Source of the DNA: a virus
Direction: 5' to 3' (one strand)
Length of the DNA: 64,000 nucleotides
IMG/VR virus record: IMGVR_UViG_3300032242_002477
Location: 10,581-74,580 of that record
Of this stretch, positions 20,054-28,941 are shown piece after piece. Within the stretch, counting starts at the first letter, position 1. The number at the start of each line of letters is the position of its first letter. Under the pieces are notes generated by a model. The model saw nothing but the letters and a program-made list of their open reading frames with translations. It did no database searches and was not told where the DNA came from. The position numbers were made by a program, and so were the translations under genes.

Positions 20054-20248
20054 ATGAAGAGTAATCCATCACAATTTCCTGATAATGACAAGCCAGACGA
20101 TGATGAAGAAAAACTAGGTAAACCTTTAGTTTCCCCTGCTTTAGCTCGTGCTTTTGAAGCCACGAGAGGCTGGGGTGAAGAGGAATATATCCCCTGGGTG
20201 CAACGTTGGCATGAAAAGTTTGGTAAGGGTTCTGGAGCAAAAGGCTAA
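20054..20248 (+). CDS. Small hypothetical protein with N-terminal PSQF motif
   Basis: MKSNPSQFP. Confidence 0.5.
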   Translation: MKSNPSQFPDNDKPDDDEEKLGKPLVSPALARAFEATRGWGEEEYIPWVQRWHEKFGKGSGAKG

Positions 20249-20309
20249 TATGGTTAACCGTTGGCGCAAGCAACGGAAAATAATAAATACTATGACTGGA
20301 GGTAAGTAA

Positions 20310-20750
20310 GTGAGTGATTTTGAGTGGGATGAAGAACCTCAAGATAGCCGTGCGTCAAAAGCGCGTAAACTAGATGCAGAACGCGCTGCCCGTGACGCTA
20401 GGTCTGCTGCAATTGATAAGGAAATAAATGAGTCTTACGGCACTCCAGGATATTTTCGCGACCCAAATGACCACGAAAACCGCATGATAAACTCCTCATT
20501 AGAGGGATTTCGTAGAGAAAAACCTGGGCCTAAAAAAGAAGCTCATCGCACAACTTTTTGGAACATTGTTCAGGGAACTGGTCGGGGCCGAACACAGGCT
20601 ACCCGAGGTGCCTTTCCGCACGGTTCAGCAGCTCCTTGTGCAAATCCAGGCTGCAACAATGAAGTTGGGTATGACGAAGGCGATGTAACCTGCGGGCCAA
20701 ACGGCTGTGATATGCCTAACAGTGTAGACGTTCAGCGCGAAAAAGAATAA
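20310..20750 (+). CDS. Hypothetical protein with Cys-rich C-terminus
   Basis: GGAGG RBS; C..C...C..C. Confidence 0.55.
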   Translation: MSDFEWDEEPQDSRASKARKLDAERAARDARSAAIDKEINESYGTPGYFRDPNDHENRMINSSLEGFRREKPGPKKEAHRTTFWNIVQGTGRGRTQATRGAFPHGSAAPCANPGCNNEVGYDEGDVTCGPNGCDMPNSVDVQREKE

Positions 20751-20804
20751 ACATTTAAATATTATTTGTAGTATTATTTAGCTTGTCTAATATTAGGAGT
20801 ATAA

Positions 20805-21344
20805 ATGGAAGACATTGAGAATGAGCGTTTCAACCTTTTAATTTGCAAAACTTGCAAAACAATTGAAGAGCTTCCGTATACTAAAACTGGCGAGTATCTT
20901 GGCCAGGGTAAGTACAAGCAGGATGATAATCCATTTGTACAACAAGCTGCCGATAGGCATCCAGACCATGTAGGCGCCCCGTTAATGGATGTGCAATTTG
21001 CTGTTTGGATGACTCAAAAGTATAAAGATGGTGTCGTAGAGCAGCTTCGTGAAACTTTTTTTGGAAAAGGCGCGTCTCAAGGTTTGGACGTTTTTGGTAC
21101 AGGATTTTATGGACTAAAAGATACTTATAGTCAAGACGCGATGTCATGTTGGAAACTACATAACAGTCCTAAAGGTCAATGCGACGATTACAAATCTGAG
21201 CGTAAGCTTTTGGACCCAGGCACATCTAAAGAACGTGCTGCTGAAGGCTTAGGCAAATCTAATATTAAAGTTTATTTATGCGATTTTTGTCCAGTTAAAA
21301 TGTATAACCAAAAGAAAGCATATGAAGAACGAGGGCTATACTAA
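20805..21344 (+). CDS. Zinc-binding hypothetical protein
   Basis: CKTC near the N-terminus; C..H..C and CDFC near the C-terminus; AGGAG RBS. Confidence 0.65.
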   Translation: MEDIENERFNLLICKTCKTIEELPYTKTGEYLGQGKYKQDDNPFVQQAADRHPDHVGAPLMDVQFAVWMTQKYKDGVVEQLRETFFGKGASQGLDVFGTGFYGLKDTYSQDAMSCWKLHNSPKGQCDDYKSERKLLDPGTSKERAAEGLGKSNIKVYLCDFCPVKMYNQKKAYEERGLY

Positions 21345-21586
21345 TGGAAGAATTACCAACTAAAGAAGAAAGCCCCGATGTAGAGACGGCGTTTATTGTT
21401 TATAAAACATTTGACGGGTCGTTTCACGCTACACCAGCCTTAGATATATCGTTTATTGTTGACCATTTAGCTACAAAACAAGATATAAAGACCGCAATGT
21501 CTGAATTACTTGAATCCATGCACCAAACTGCTATAGCAGAAGTTTTATTACGTAAATTAACTGAAAAAAATAACGAGGATAGCTAG
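21344..21586 (+). CDS. Hypothetical protein
   Basis: TAATG-coupled ORF. Confidence 0.55.
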   Translation: MEELPTKEESPDVETAFIVYKTFDGSFHATPALDISFIVDHLATKQDIKTAMSELLESMHQTAIAEVLLRKLTEKNNEDS

Positions 21587-21660
21587 AAAAAAACGGGTGA
21601 GATACGTCAAACTTTACGTGATAGAAAAGACATGGCGTAACTACAAACTTAGGCGGTACT

Positions 21661-21864
21661 ATGTTCATCGAAATGAATTGCCAGTGCATGGCTAACGTGC
21701 ATATTGAAACAGAAGAAAACGAATCGTTAGCCGTACTATGGGCACAAAAGTTTGTAGAAGCGCATGAATCATGCGGATATATGGCTCCGACTAAAGTTGA
21801 TACTCCTGAAGTAACTAAACGATATCACATTTCAACAGAGATAAAGCGTAGAGAAAAGGAATAA
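21661..21864 (+). CDS. Small hypothetical protein
   Basis: CxC...H..CG. Confidence 0.55.
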   Translation: MFIEMNCQCMANVHIETEENESLAVLWAQKFVEAHESCGYMAPTKVDTPEVTKRYHISTEIKRREKE

Positions 21865-21881
21865 TCCAGTAGTATTAGGGA

Positions 21882-22814
21882 ATGGATTACCAAGAGTTAT
21901 TGAGCGAGCAAGCTGAGCCAGTGGATATTGAGCCTGGTTCTACTTCTTACTTTAGCAAGCCCGAAACTCACTTAGACCCCCGTCTATTTCGCAGCGGCAA
22001 ACTTATTCCCAACGTTCGTGACGCCATCCTTAGTATTTTATTTGGGTATTTAAATAATACTTACCAAAGCGCTGAGTCTTGGACACACGCTTGGATAGCA
22101 GGTTCTGGAGCATCCTACCAATGGGCAGCGGCCAGAGAGCCAGCAGATTTGGATTGTTTAGTTGGCATTGATTATATTATATTTCGCCAATCAAATGATA
22201 AATACGCTGGATTTAGCAACCAAGAAATAGCTAATATGTTAAATTCCGAATTTCGGAATTACATTTGGCCAGATACTGAGCATTTTTTAAACACTTTTGA
22301 GTTAACTTTTTATGTAAATGTGCAGACAGATATTAAAAATATTAAGCCGTATGCCGCCTATTCATTGACGGACGATACTTGGGTTGTAGAGCCTCAGTTA
22401 ATAGAGACAAAGCACAAACCCGAATGGGACGTAAAAATTATAAGAGATAAATCTATGGCATTAGAAATATTAAGCCGTTACACTCAGGCTTTAAATAAAA
22501 TTCATGCAGCTACAAATCCTTCAGCCAAATTAAATGCAGAGAACGAGCTACAGCTAGCTGTACAGCAGGGAGCTGCTTTATTTGATTCTATACATTTAGG
22601 TCGTAGAGTAGCCTTTAGCCAAAGTGGTCAAGGATATTTAGATTATGCTAATTATCGTTGGCAATCCCACAAAGAAATGGGAATCGTTCCAGCTTTAAAA
22701 AAGCTAAAAGATATGTCTGAATCTGCTAAAAAAACATATGAAGAAAACACTTACGGAGCAGAACTGCCAACAACCGATACGTTATTGCGGAGAGCAATCA
22801 CTACTAACAAATAA
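21882..22814 (+). CDS. Pol-beta-superfamily nucleotidyltransferase-like protein
   Basis: IAGSGASYQW...ADLDCLV (GS..DxD) plus a downstream ELTFYV strand. Confidence 0.65.
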   Translation: MDYQELLSEQAEPVDIEPGSTSYFSKPETHLDPRLFRSGKLIPNVRDAILSILFGYLNNTYQSAESWTHAWIAGSGASYQWAAAREPADLDCLVGIDYIIFRQSNDKYAGFSNQEIANMLNSEFRNYIWPDTEHFLNTFELTFYVNVQTDIKNIKPYAAYSLTDDTWVVEPQLIETKHKPEWDVKIIRDKSMALEILSRYTQALNKIHAATNPSAKLNAENELQLAVQQGAALFDSIHLGRRVAFSQSGQGYLDYANYRWQSHKEMGIVPALKKLKDMSESAKKTYEENTYGAELPTTDTLLRRAITTNK

Positions 22815-22828
22815 TTTGGGGTAAATAC

Positions 22829-23290
22829 GTGGCTTTATTAATGTATCTAGACGGAGTACTCAGAAACGGGAAAAAAGTTCCGATTCGCGAGTCAATGGCT
22901 TTTTATCGTAGTACAAAAGAAAATATTAAAATAATTCTAGCTGCTGACAGTAAGTCTGAAGGTGACCAATGGCTGCGTACTCATAATTTAAAGCAGTTTG
23001 ACGATATTGTGGGCGATGAGGTACCTATGGTAGCCCCCACCTTGCAGATTAGTCAGGCAGAATACATTCGTTCTCAGGGACAAGGCAAGTTGTCGATGGT
23101 TATCACCGCAGACCCTGAGCTGGCTAAAGAGTTATTAGAGCGCGGGTTTACCGTAATGTTATTCCTAAACCCGTTGTACGCAGACCCAGCCAGCCGACCA
23201 GATAGTTCTGAAGGCCGCCGTAAATGGGAAGACATTACATCTGCCATAGACCGACAACAGGAATTATTTATGGAAGACCCACGAACTTGA
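22829..23290 (+). CDS. HAD-fold protein with degenerate motif I
   Basis: LLMYLDGVLR resembles DxDGVL; W.L..H.L..FD; MVITADP. Confidence 0.5.
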   Translation: MALLMYLDGVLRNGKKVPIRESMAFYRSTKENIKIILAADSKSEGDQWLRTHNLKQFDDIVGDEVPMVAPTLQISQAEYIRSQGQGKLSMVITADPELAKELLERGFTVMLFLNPLYADPASRPDSSEGRRKWEDITSAIDRQQELFMEDPRT

Positions 23291-24762
23291 ACATAATATA
23301 TTTGGGTGCCGAAGTCCCTAGTAATAGAACCATTTTGGAAGAATCTGGGGCCTCCCATGTTGGCGTCAGCTTTTGGCGGCTAACAAAGCGTGGGATGCCT
23401 AAAACTAAGGCTTATCTGTTATCAAATTATTTTAGCCCTAATATGAATATATTTGTTCATCCAGGTATACCACGGGGAGAGAATTTAGACCGACTGCAGC
23501 TAGAAGCCTTTGCCGCCGAGTACGAAGAGTTTGTGGCAAATAATATAGACCGTATTAATATGTTTACAGAGGTTACCCATCCACAGCTTAGCCAAGCCTT
23601 TATAGAGGAACAACGTAGGACTTGTTGGTCTGAGGTTACGCCGTCTAAATTCTTACCTGTATGGGCTACAGAGACTGGAAAACAGGGTCTTGAAGAGTTA
23701 GCCCTAAAATATTTAGATATAGGTATATCGGGCGAAAGTATAGAGGAGTTTACTTGGTTAGCTTCTGAAACCCGTCGGTTGCGTCAATATGGCACTCGTT
23801 TTCACGCCCTAGCTTGTGCTAAACCTGATAATTTACGACAAGTTTGTGTTGAGTCAGCTTCGACTTTATCGTGGATTTCCCCTATGACTAGAGGCGAAAC
23901 TATAGTTTGGGACGGTACTCGTTTAGTCCGTTACCCAAAGAAAATGAAAGACCAAGCCCGTACAAGATATCGTAAAGTGTACGAAAAGTCTGGTGTTGAT
24001 TTCGATAAGATTATGGAAGACGATGATAGAGAGGTTTGTAAATTAGCCGTATGGTCATACCAACAATTGGAGATAAAACTAAGCATGATTAACAATAATG
24101 GTTCAGACGGCTATGAGTTATATGATAACAGTGACGATTTAGATGAGTCTTTATTTGAGGAAAGTACCCCCAGCGATGCTGATAAGAAGGGTATTGATGT
24201 ACGGAAACTTGAACCAAGAAACCCATCTGAAATGGTTGCGCTACCAGTATTTGGGTATGAGTTTAAAGAGGTAATTGAGAATGAAAATGGCAAGGATGTA
24301 ATTAAAGAAGTTCCTGTTATAAAGTCAAATTCAAGTACTTTAAGAGCATGCGATACTTGCTTTGTAGCTTCTAACTGTCCCGCATTTAAGCCTCAAACCA
24401 TGTGTGCATTTAACTTACCAGTAGAGGTAAAGACTAAAGAACAACTTAAGAGTTTAATTAACACAATAATTGAAATGCAAGGTCAACGCGTTGCTTTTAT
24501 GCGTTTTGCTGAGGAAATGAGCGGCGGATACGCTGACCCGAATGTATCGCAAGAAATCGACCGTTTGTTTAAGTTAATTAAAACTGTTAAAGAATTGGAT
24601 GACTCTAGAGAGTTTATTAGAATGACTGTAGAGCGCCAAGGAGGGGCAGGTGTGTTGTCTTCTATATTTGGAGATAAGGCACAAGCCCTAAAAGAACTAC
24701 CTAATAATGGGTTGGATGAGGACCAAACAACGCGTATTATCCAGCAATCTATTGAAGAATAG
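23287..24762 (+). CDS. TGT/DpdA-like TIM-barrel protein fused to a Cys-cluster/helical C-terminal domain
   Basis: TTG start overlapping the upstream TGA; RFHALA...VESASTLSW resembles the H-x-F-G...S-x-D-S-S-S-W motif of phage TGT-like proteins; CDTC..SNCP..C. Confidence 0.45.
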   Translation: MNIIYLGAEVPSNRTILEESGASHVGVSFWRLTKRGMPKTKAYLLSNYFSPNMNIFVHPGIPRGENLDRLQLEAFAAEYEEFVANNIDRINMFTEVTHPQLSQAFIEEQRRTCWSEVTPSKFLPVWATETGKQGLEELALKYLDIGISGESIEEFTWLASETRRLRQYGTRFHALACAKPDNLRQVCVESASTLSWISPMTRGETIVWDGTRLVRYPKKMKDQARTRYRKVYEKSGVDFDKIMEDDDREVCKLAVWSYQQLEIKLSMINNNGSDGYELYDNSDDLDESLFEESTPSDADKKGIDVRKLEPRNPSEMVALPVFGYEFKEVIENENGKDVIKEVPVIKSNSSTLRACDTCFVASNCPAFKPQTMCAFNLPVEVKTKEQLKSLINTIIEMQGQRVAFMRFAEEMSGGYADPNVSQEIDRLFKLIKTVKELDDSREFIRMTVERQGGAGVLSSIFGDKAQALKELPNNGLDEDQTTRIIQQSIEE

Positions 24763-24915
24763 TTATATGATAATAAGCCAATTTCTATGGTGAATCGACA
24801 CTGCTCCATTAATTAGACATTGGTTCTACTGCGGAGTAAGTTTGGCTACGATAAAATTAATACCTCCCGCCAACGCGGGATTTTCTATTTACGATAACAA
24901 TAAGAGGAGATATAC

Positions 24916-26949
24916 ATGCTGACTTTCCGTTTAGCTGAGGATTTTGTAGCTAGTTACCAAAATGAGAAAGTTCCTTGGGGCTACCAAGACGCGGCAGGAA
25001 ACAGCGTGGGCGAGATTACTTTTCTTCGAACTTACTCAAGAATAAAGCCTGATGGAACCAAAGAAACATGGACAGATGTTTGCGAACGAGTTATCAATGG
25101 GATGTACTCTATTCAAAAAGACCACTGTAAAAGCCAACGATTACCTTGGAATGACTCTAAAGCGCAGTCTTCAGCTAAAGAAGCTTTTGACCGCATGTTC
25201 AAGTTAAAGTGGACACCGCCAGGTCGTGGACTTTGGGTTATGGGTACACCTATCGTCAATGAACAAAAAAACTCAGCAGCTTTGCAGAACTGCTCGTTCG
25301 TATCTACCGCAGAAATGACCAAATTAAATCCCGCTAAACCATTCGCTTTTCTTATGGAAGCCTCAATGCTCGGAGTGGGCGTTGGCTTTGATGATAAGGG
25401 TGCAGATAAGGACTTTACTATTTATGAACCTCAACCCGATACCGACTCTATTGTCATCCCAGACACCCGTGAAGGCTGGGTTGAAAGCGCTGCCACCCTC
25501 ATCAATTCCTACCTTAAGCCAGATTCGAAGAGCCCTAAATTCGACTACTCACTCATCCGACCAGAAGGAGCTCCGATTGCAACCTTTGGAGGTACCGCTG
25601 CGGGGCCTGAGCCGTTAATTAAGTTGCACAATCATATTCGTAAAATATTTAACGGTCGTGCTGGAGAAAAATTAACCCGAGTAGATATTGCTGATATTGG
25701 AAATCTAATTGGAGTTTGCGTGGTATCTGGAAATGTTCGCCGTAGTGCTGAATTGTTTATGGGTCGCGTAGATGACCAAGATTTTTTAAATCTAAAGAAC
25801 CCAGATGTATATCCAGAACGCAACTCTTATAACCCAGAAGCTCCTGGTTGGGCCTGGATGAGCAACAATTCTGTAGCAGTAAATGTAGGAGATGACTTGT
25901 CTAATATTATTGACGGCATTGCTCGCAACGGTGAGCCTGGGGTAATCTGGATGGATGTCACCCGTAAATATGGTCGTTTAATTGACCCTGAAAATAATAA
26001 AGATTGGCGAGCTTCAGGCTACAACCCGTGTGCCGAGCAATCTTTGGAGTCTTTTGAATGTTGTACTTTGGTAGAGACCTATGTTAACCGACATGATTCT
26101 TTAGAAGATTTTAAGCGAACACTTAAGTTTGCTTACCTTTACGCCAAGACTGTTACTTTGCTCCCGACTCATTGGGAGGAAACAAATGCGATTATGCAAC
26201 GTAACCGTCGTATAGGAACTTCTATTTCAGGTATCGCTAACTTTGCCGACAGCAAGGGTTTGCCAATGCTGCGCGATTGGATGGATACAGGTTATTCTAC
26301 TGTTACTTCCTACGATAAAATATATTCAGAGTGGCTTGGTATTCGTGAATCTATTAAAATGACCACAGTTAAGCCCTCAGGAACCGTGAGCATCCTAGCT
26401 GGTGAATCTCCAGGGGTTCACTGGACTGTTGGCGGAAAATATTTTCTACGCGCTATTCGTTTTCGTAATGGCGACCCAATGCTACCTCTCTTTAAACTGG
26501 CTCAATACACAGTTGAACCTGCAAGTGAGGACCCTGAGGGTACTTCTGTGGTGTTCTTTCCAGTTAAATCAGAAGCGGTTCGCTCAGAGAAAGATGTTTC
26601 TATCTTTGAAAAGATGGCTCTCGCGGCTACCGCTCAACGATACTGGTCAGACAATTCAGTATCAGTAACCATTTCTTTTGACCCTGAGACTGAGGCTTCT
26701 GCCGTTGGGACTGTGCTTCACATGTACGACGGACAACTTAAGACCGTTTCTTTCTTACCTTCAGGAAATGCGGTATATCCGCAAATGCCTTACACTCAAA
26801 TAGATGAGGAAAAATATAATGACTATACAATGAAATTATTTCCTATTGACTTTTCGGGTGTATACGCTGGTATGGCAGCCGACGCTATTGGCGAAAACTA
26901 CTGCACTACAGACGCTTGCGAGATTAAGTTGATTAAAGATAATCAATAA
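24916..26949 (+). CDS. nrdJ: Class II (adenosylcobalamin-dependent) ribonucleotide reductase
   Basis: RTYSR, PPGRGLW, LQNC, GNVRRSA, NPCAEQ.L...C.LVE, TTVKPSGTVS, C-terminal CTTDAC. Confidence 0.93.
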   Translation: MLTFRLAEDFVASYQNEKVPWGYQDAAGNSVGEITFLRTYSRIKPDGTKETWTDVCERVINGMYSIQKDHCKSQRLPWNDSKAQSSAKEAFDRMFKLKWTPPGRGLWVMGTPIVNEQKNSAALQNCSFVSTAEMTKLNPAKPFAFLMEASMLGVGVGFDDKGADKDFTIYEPQPDTDSIVIPDTREGWVESAATLINSYLKPDSKSPKFDYSLIRPEGAPIATFGGTAAGPEPLIKLHNHIRKIFNGRAGEKLTRVDIADIGNLIGVCVVSGNVRRSAELFMGRVDDQDFLNLKNPDVYPERNSYNPEAPGWAWMSNNSVAVNVGDDLSNIIDGIARNGEPGVIWMDVTRKYGRLIDPENNKDWRASGYNPCAEQSLESFECCTLVETYVNRHDSLEDFKRTLKFAYLYAKTVTLLPTHWEETNAIMQRNRRIGTSISGIANFADSKGLPMLRDWMDTGYSTVTSYDKIYSEWLGIRESIKMTTVKPSGTVSILAGESPGVHWTVGGKYFLRAIRFRNGDPMLPLFKLAQYTVEPASEDPEGTSVVFFPVKSEAVRSEKDVSIFEKMALAATAQRYWSDNSVSVTISFDPETEASAVGTVLHMYDGQLKTVSFLPSGNAVYPQMPYTQIDEEKYNDYTMKLFPIDFSGVYAGMAADAIGENYCTTDACEIKLIKDNQ

Positions 26950-26959
26950 GCAAGCAAAT

Positions 26960-26985
26960 AAAAAAGCCCCCGAAAGGGGGCTTTT
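26960..26985. terminator. Bidirectional intrinsic terminator at a convergence point
   Basis: AAAAAAGCCCCC-GAAA-GGGGGCTTTT. Confidence 0.9.
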
Positions 26986-26991
26986 CTATTT

Positions 26992-27354
26992 TTACCACAT
27001 CCCTAAATATTTCTCTCTTAAGTTGTCGTGACCTTCGTAGGCTTGGTACTTGGTAGAATATCTCTCTAAATGCACTGAGTTCATATCAGAGTCAAACACT
27101 ACGGTTTGAAATATTAAAGGGGGTTCATTAGGTGTCCAGCGGTTATATGAGCTATTGACTGGGGTATGGGTTGGCATATCTACTCCAACCCATTTAGTAA
27201 TAATTAAATACCCATTTAAATCGTGCTTTCTATTAAATATTTTACCGCTGGATAAAGCGCACCACTCTTTTAAATTAATGCTTTCTCCATCTTCATTGAA
27301 GAATACATTAGAATCATAATCCTTACGAGTAAGGACTATTTTATTTTTAGTCAT
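26992..27354 (-). CDS. Hypothetical phage protein
   Basis: T.W.G.D...PLIFQTVVF...RYST..A.EGH motif pattern. Confidence 0.6.
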   Translation of the reverse strand: MTKNKIVLTRKDYDSNVFFNEDGESINLKEWCALSSGKIFNRKHDLNGYLIITKWVGVDMPTHTPVNSSYNRWTPNEPPLIFQTVVFDSDMNSVHLERYSTKYQAYEGHDNLREKYLGMW

Positions 27355-27647
27355 TAAACTGCCACTTTTACTCTAATAGTTGCTTTAAATGATTGAGGTT
27401 TTTCGTTAACAAAGTTATCCTCAACCCATTTAACAGACTTTTTACCTGTCCAAGAAAGCAAGAAAGCTTTAGCCTCTCTTTTACCTGCCGACGCACTTGT
27501 TGTGGCTGAGTAAACTGTTTTACTTTCCAAAAAATCATTTTCTGCGGTTTGTTCAAGTAGTGCTCCTGTAATCAACCAAGCACCGCCTTTAGTTTGAATT
27601 TTGTCAACTGTTAGGTGAACTTCTACTTCTTTTTTCTTTATTGCCAT
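27354..27647 (-). CDS. Hypothetical protein
   Basis: Coupled ORF with AAGGAG RBS. Confidence 0.6.
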   Translation of the reverse strand: MAIKKKEVEVHLTVDKIQTKGGAWLITGALLEQTAENDFLESKTVYSATTSASAGKREAKAFLLSWTGKKSVKWVEDNFVNEKPQSFKATIRVKVAV

Positions 27648-28072
27648 TATATTTTCTCCTTATATTTTTTTATTTTAGTTGGCCAATAATACGGAATATC
27701 ATTACTTACCTGGAACTGAGGGCCGTAATGTTCTGGGTCTTTTCGCAGCAAATTTGATTGGTGGGAGATGTGGAACTCTGCGTCACCTAACCACTGCGGA
27801 AAGTTTGTGTTGGCATTATTTGTGAACTTGGGTAATAGACTATCATTAAAACCTCTATGAATCCACTCACGACAGATGATAAATCCGTATTTATTAAGGG
27901 CTGGCTCGAACCCCTGCCACATTAAAACAGCAGGGTGATTTCGCCAGCCTTTAGTATTACCTGCTAACACATTTAATATTTGATACGCCTCTACTCGTTG
28001 CTTACCGAGTCGCTTGTTATCCAAGCTCTTCGCGGTTTGTTCAAAGTCGGGGTATGGCAAAAAAGTCTGCAC
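27647..28072 (-). CDS. Pyrimidine-dimer DNA glycosylase-like protein (MSMEG_6728/DenV-like)
   Basis: QTFLPYPDF..LD.KRLGKQRVEA.QI, HPAVLMW, SHQSNLLRKDP.HY motifs. Confidence 0.8.
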   Translation of the reverse strand: MQTFLPYPDFEQTAKSLDNKRLGKQRVEAYQILNVLAGNTKGWRNHPAVLMWQGFEPALNKYGFIICREWIHRGFNDSLLPKFTNNANTNFPQWLGDAEFHISHQSNLLRKDPEHYGPQFQVSNDIPYYWPTKIKKYKEKI

Positions 28073-28230
28073 TATTCCTCCCAATACTTTACGATAGTTT
28101 TAATGGTGGTGTGGATATGGCAATCACACTCATCACCACCCATATTCTCATCAAACTCAAAGTGTCCTAAGTTATCCTCATAAATTACATCTATAAGTTC
28201 CTTAATTGTGTAAAGTTTGTATCCCATAGG

Positions 28231-28485
28231 TTACGCTACTTTTCTTTTAGACACAACTGTCACAGGCGACTCATAGCCTGTGCCGTCGTAAACTCTACCG
28301 CCCCACACGCCATAAGTACCGACGTGACTGTCTGCGTATTTTCGGCAAGCTTCGATTAAGTGGCATTTGTTACAGATACTTATTGCAAGTGCTACCTCCT
28401 GCTTACGTCGAAAGTTGTTAGAAGGAAAGAACACTTCGGAGTCTGTTTGGGCGCATAACTGCGTTCCGTCATACGGATTATTCAT
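28231..28485 (-). CDS. whiB: Second WhiB-family protein
   Basis: LCAQTDSEVFFP, AISICNKC....C..YA, GVWGG. Confidence 0.85.
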   Translation of the reverse strand: MNNPYDGTQLCAQTDSEVFFPSNNFRRKQEVALAISICNKCHLIEACRKYADSHVGTYGVWGGRVYDGTGYESPVTVVSKRKVA

Positions 28486-28611
28486 TAAAGTTCTCCACAT
28501 ATCTATCGCACTCCCGACAATCACCTTCGTTAACTCCTGCGATATGAGTCCACTTTCGATTCTTACAAATTAATTCGTTTGGGACATATTCGCCTAATAT
28601 TAATTCATCTT

Positions 28612-28824
28612 TCATAGTGTTAATCCTGCCTTTCGTAATGCTGCTCGTATTTTGTATAAAGCTCGTACATCGCTTGGAGTTTGCGATGAAAAATATATAA
28701 ATCCGTCAGGTCTTATCCATTTAATATGACCACCGTTACTTTTTTCCAACCTCCAACCCTCTGATACGGCTACCCGCATAATTTTTTGTAGCTCACGATT
28801 GTTCGATATTTTGCGTAATCGCAC
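28612..28824 (-). CDS. HicA-like protein
   Basis: GWRLEKSNGGHIKW..PDG...TPSD...IRAALRKAG. Confidence 0.65.
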   Translation of the reverse strand: MRLRKISNNRELQKIMRVAVSEGWRLEKSNGGHIKWIRPDGFIYFSSQTPSDVRALYKIRAALRKAGLTL

Positions 28825-28941
28825 GTTCTTGCTCCTCCAATTTTTTTATGACTCGTTTGGTTTGGGCATTAGGTACTAATTGCCATAATATTTCTTTTGC
28901 CAATTTAATAGTATTAAGTTGAATATTTTTTTCTGTGTCGT

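Noticed and set aside
21584-21640. Amber recoding or readthrough: the frame stays open 17 codons past TAG (KKTGEIRQTLRDRKDMA)
   Set aside because: All long conserved genes are intact under code 11, TAG ends other genes normally, and I saw no suppressor tRNA. At most this is a single nonsense change.
24117-24773. 13-bp direct repeat AGTTATATGATAA at 24117 and 24761
   Set aside because: It is AT-rich with only two copies; it could be a TATGAT -10 or chance, and nothing further supports it.
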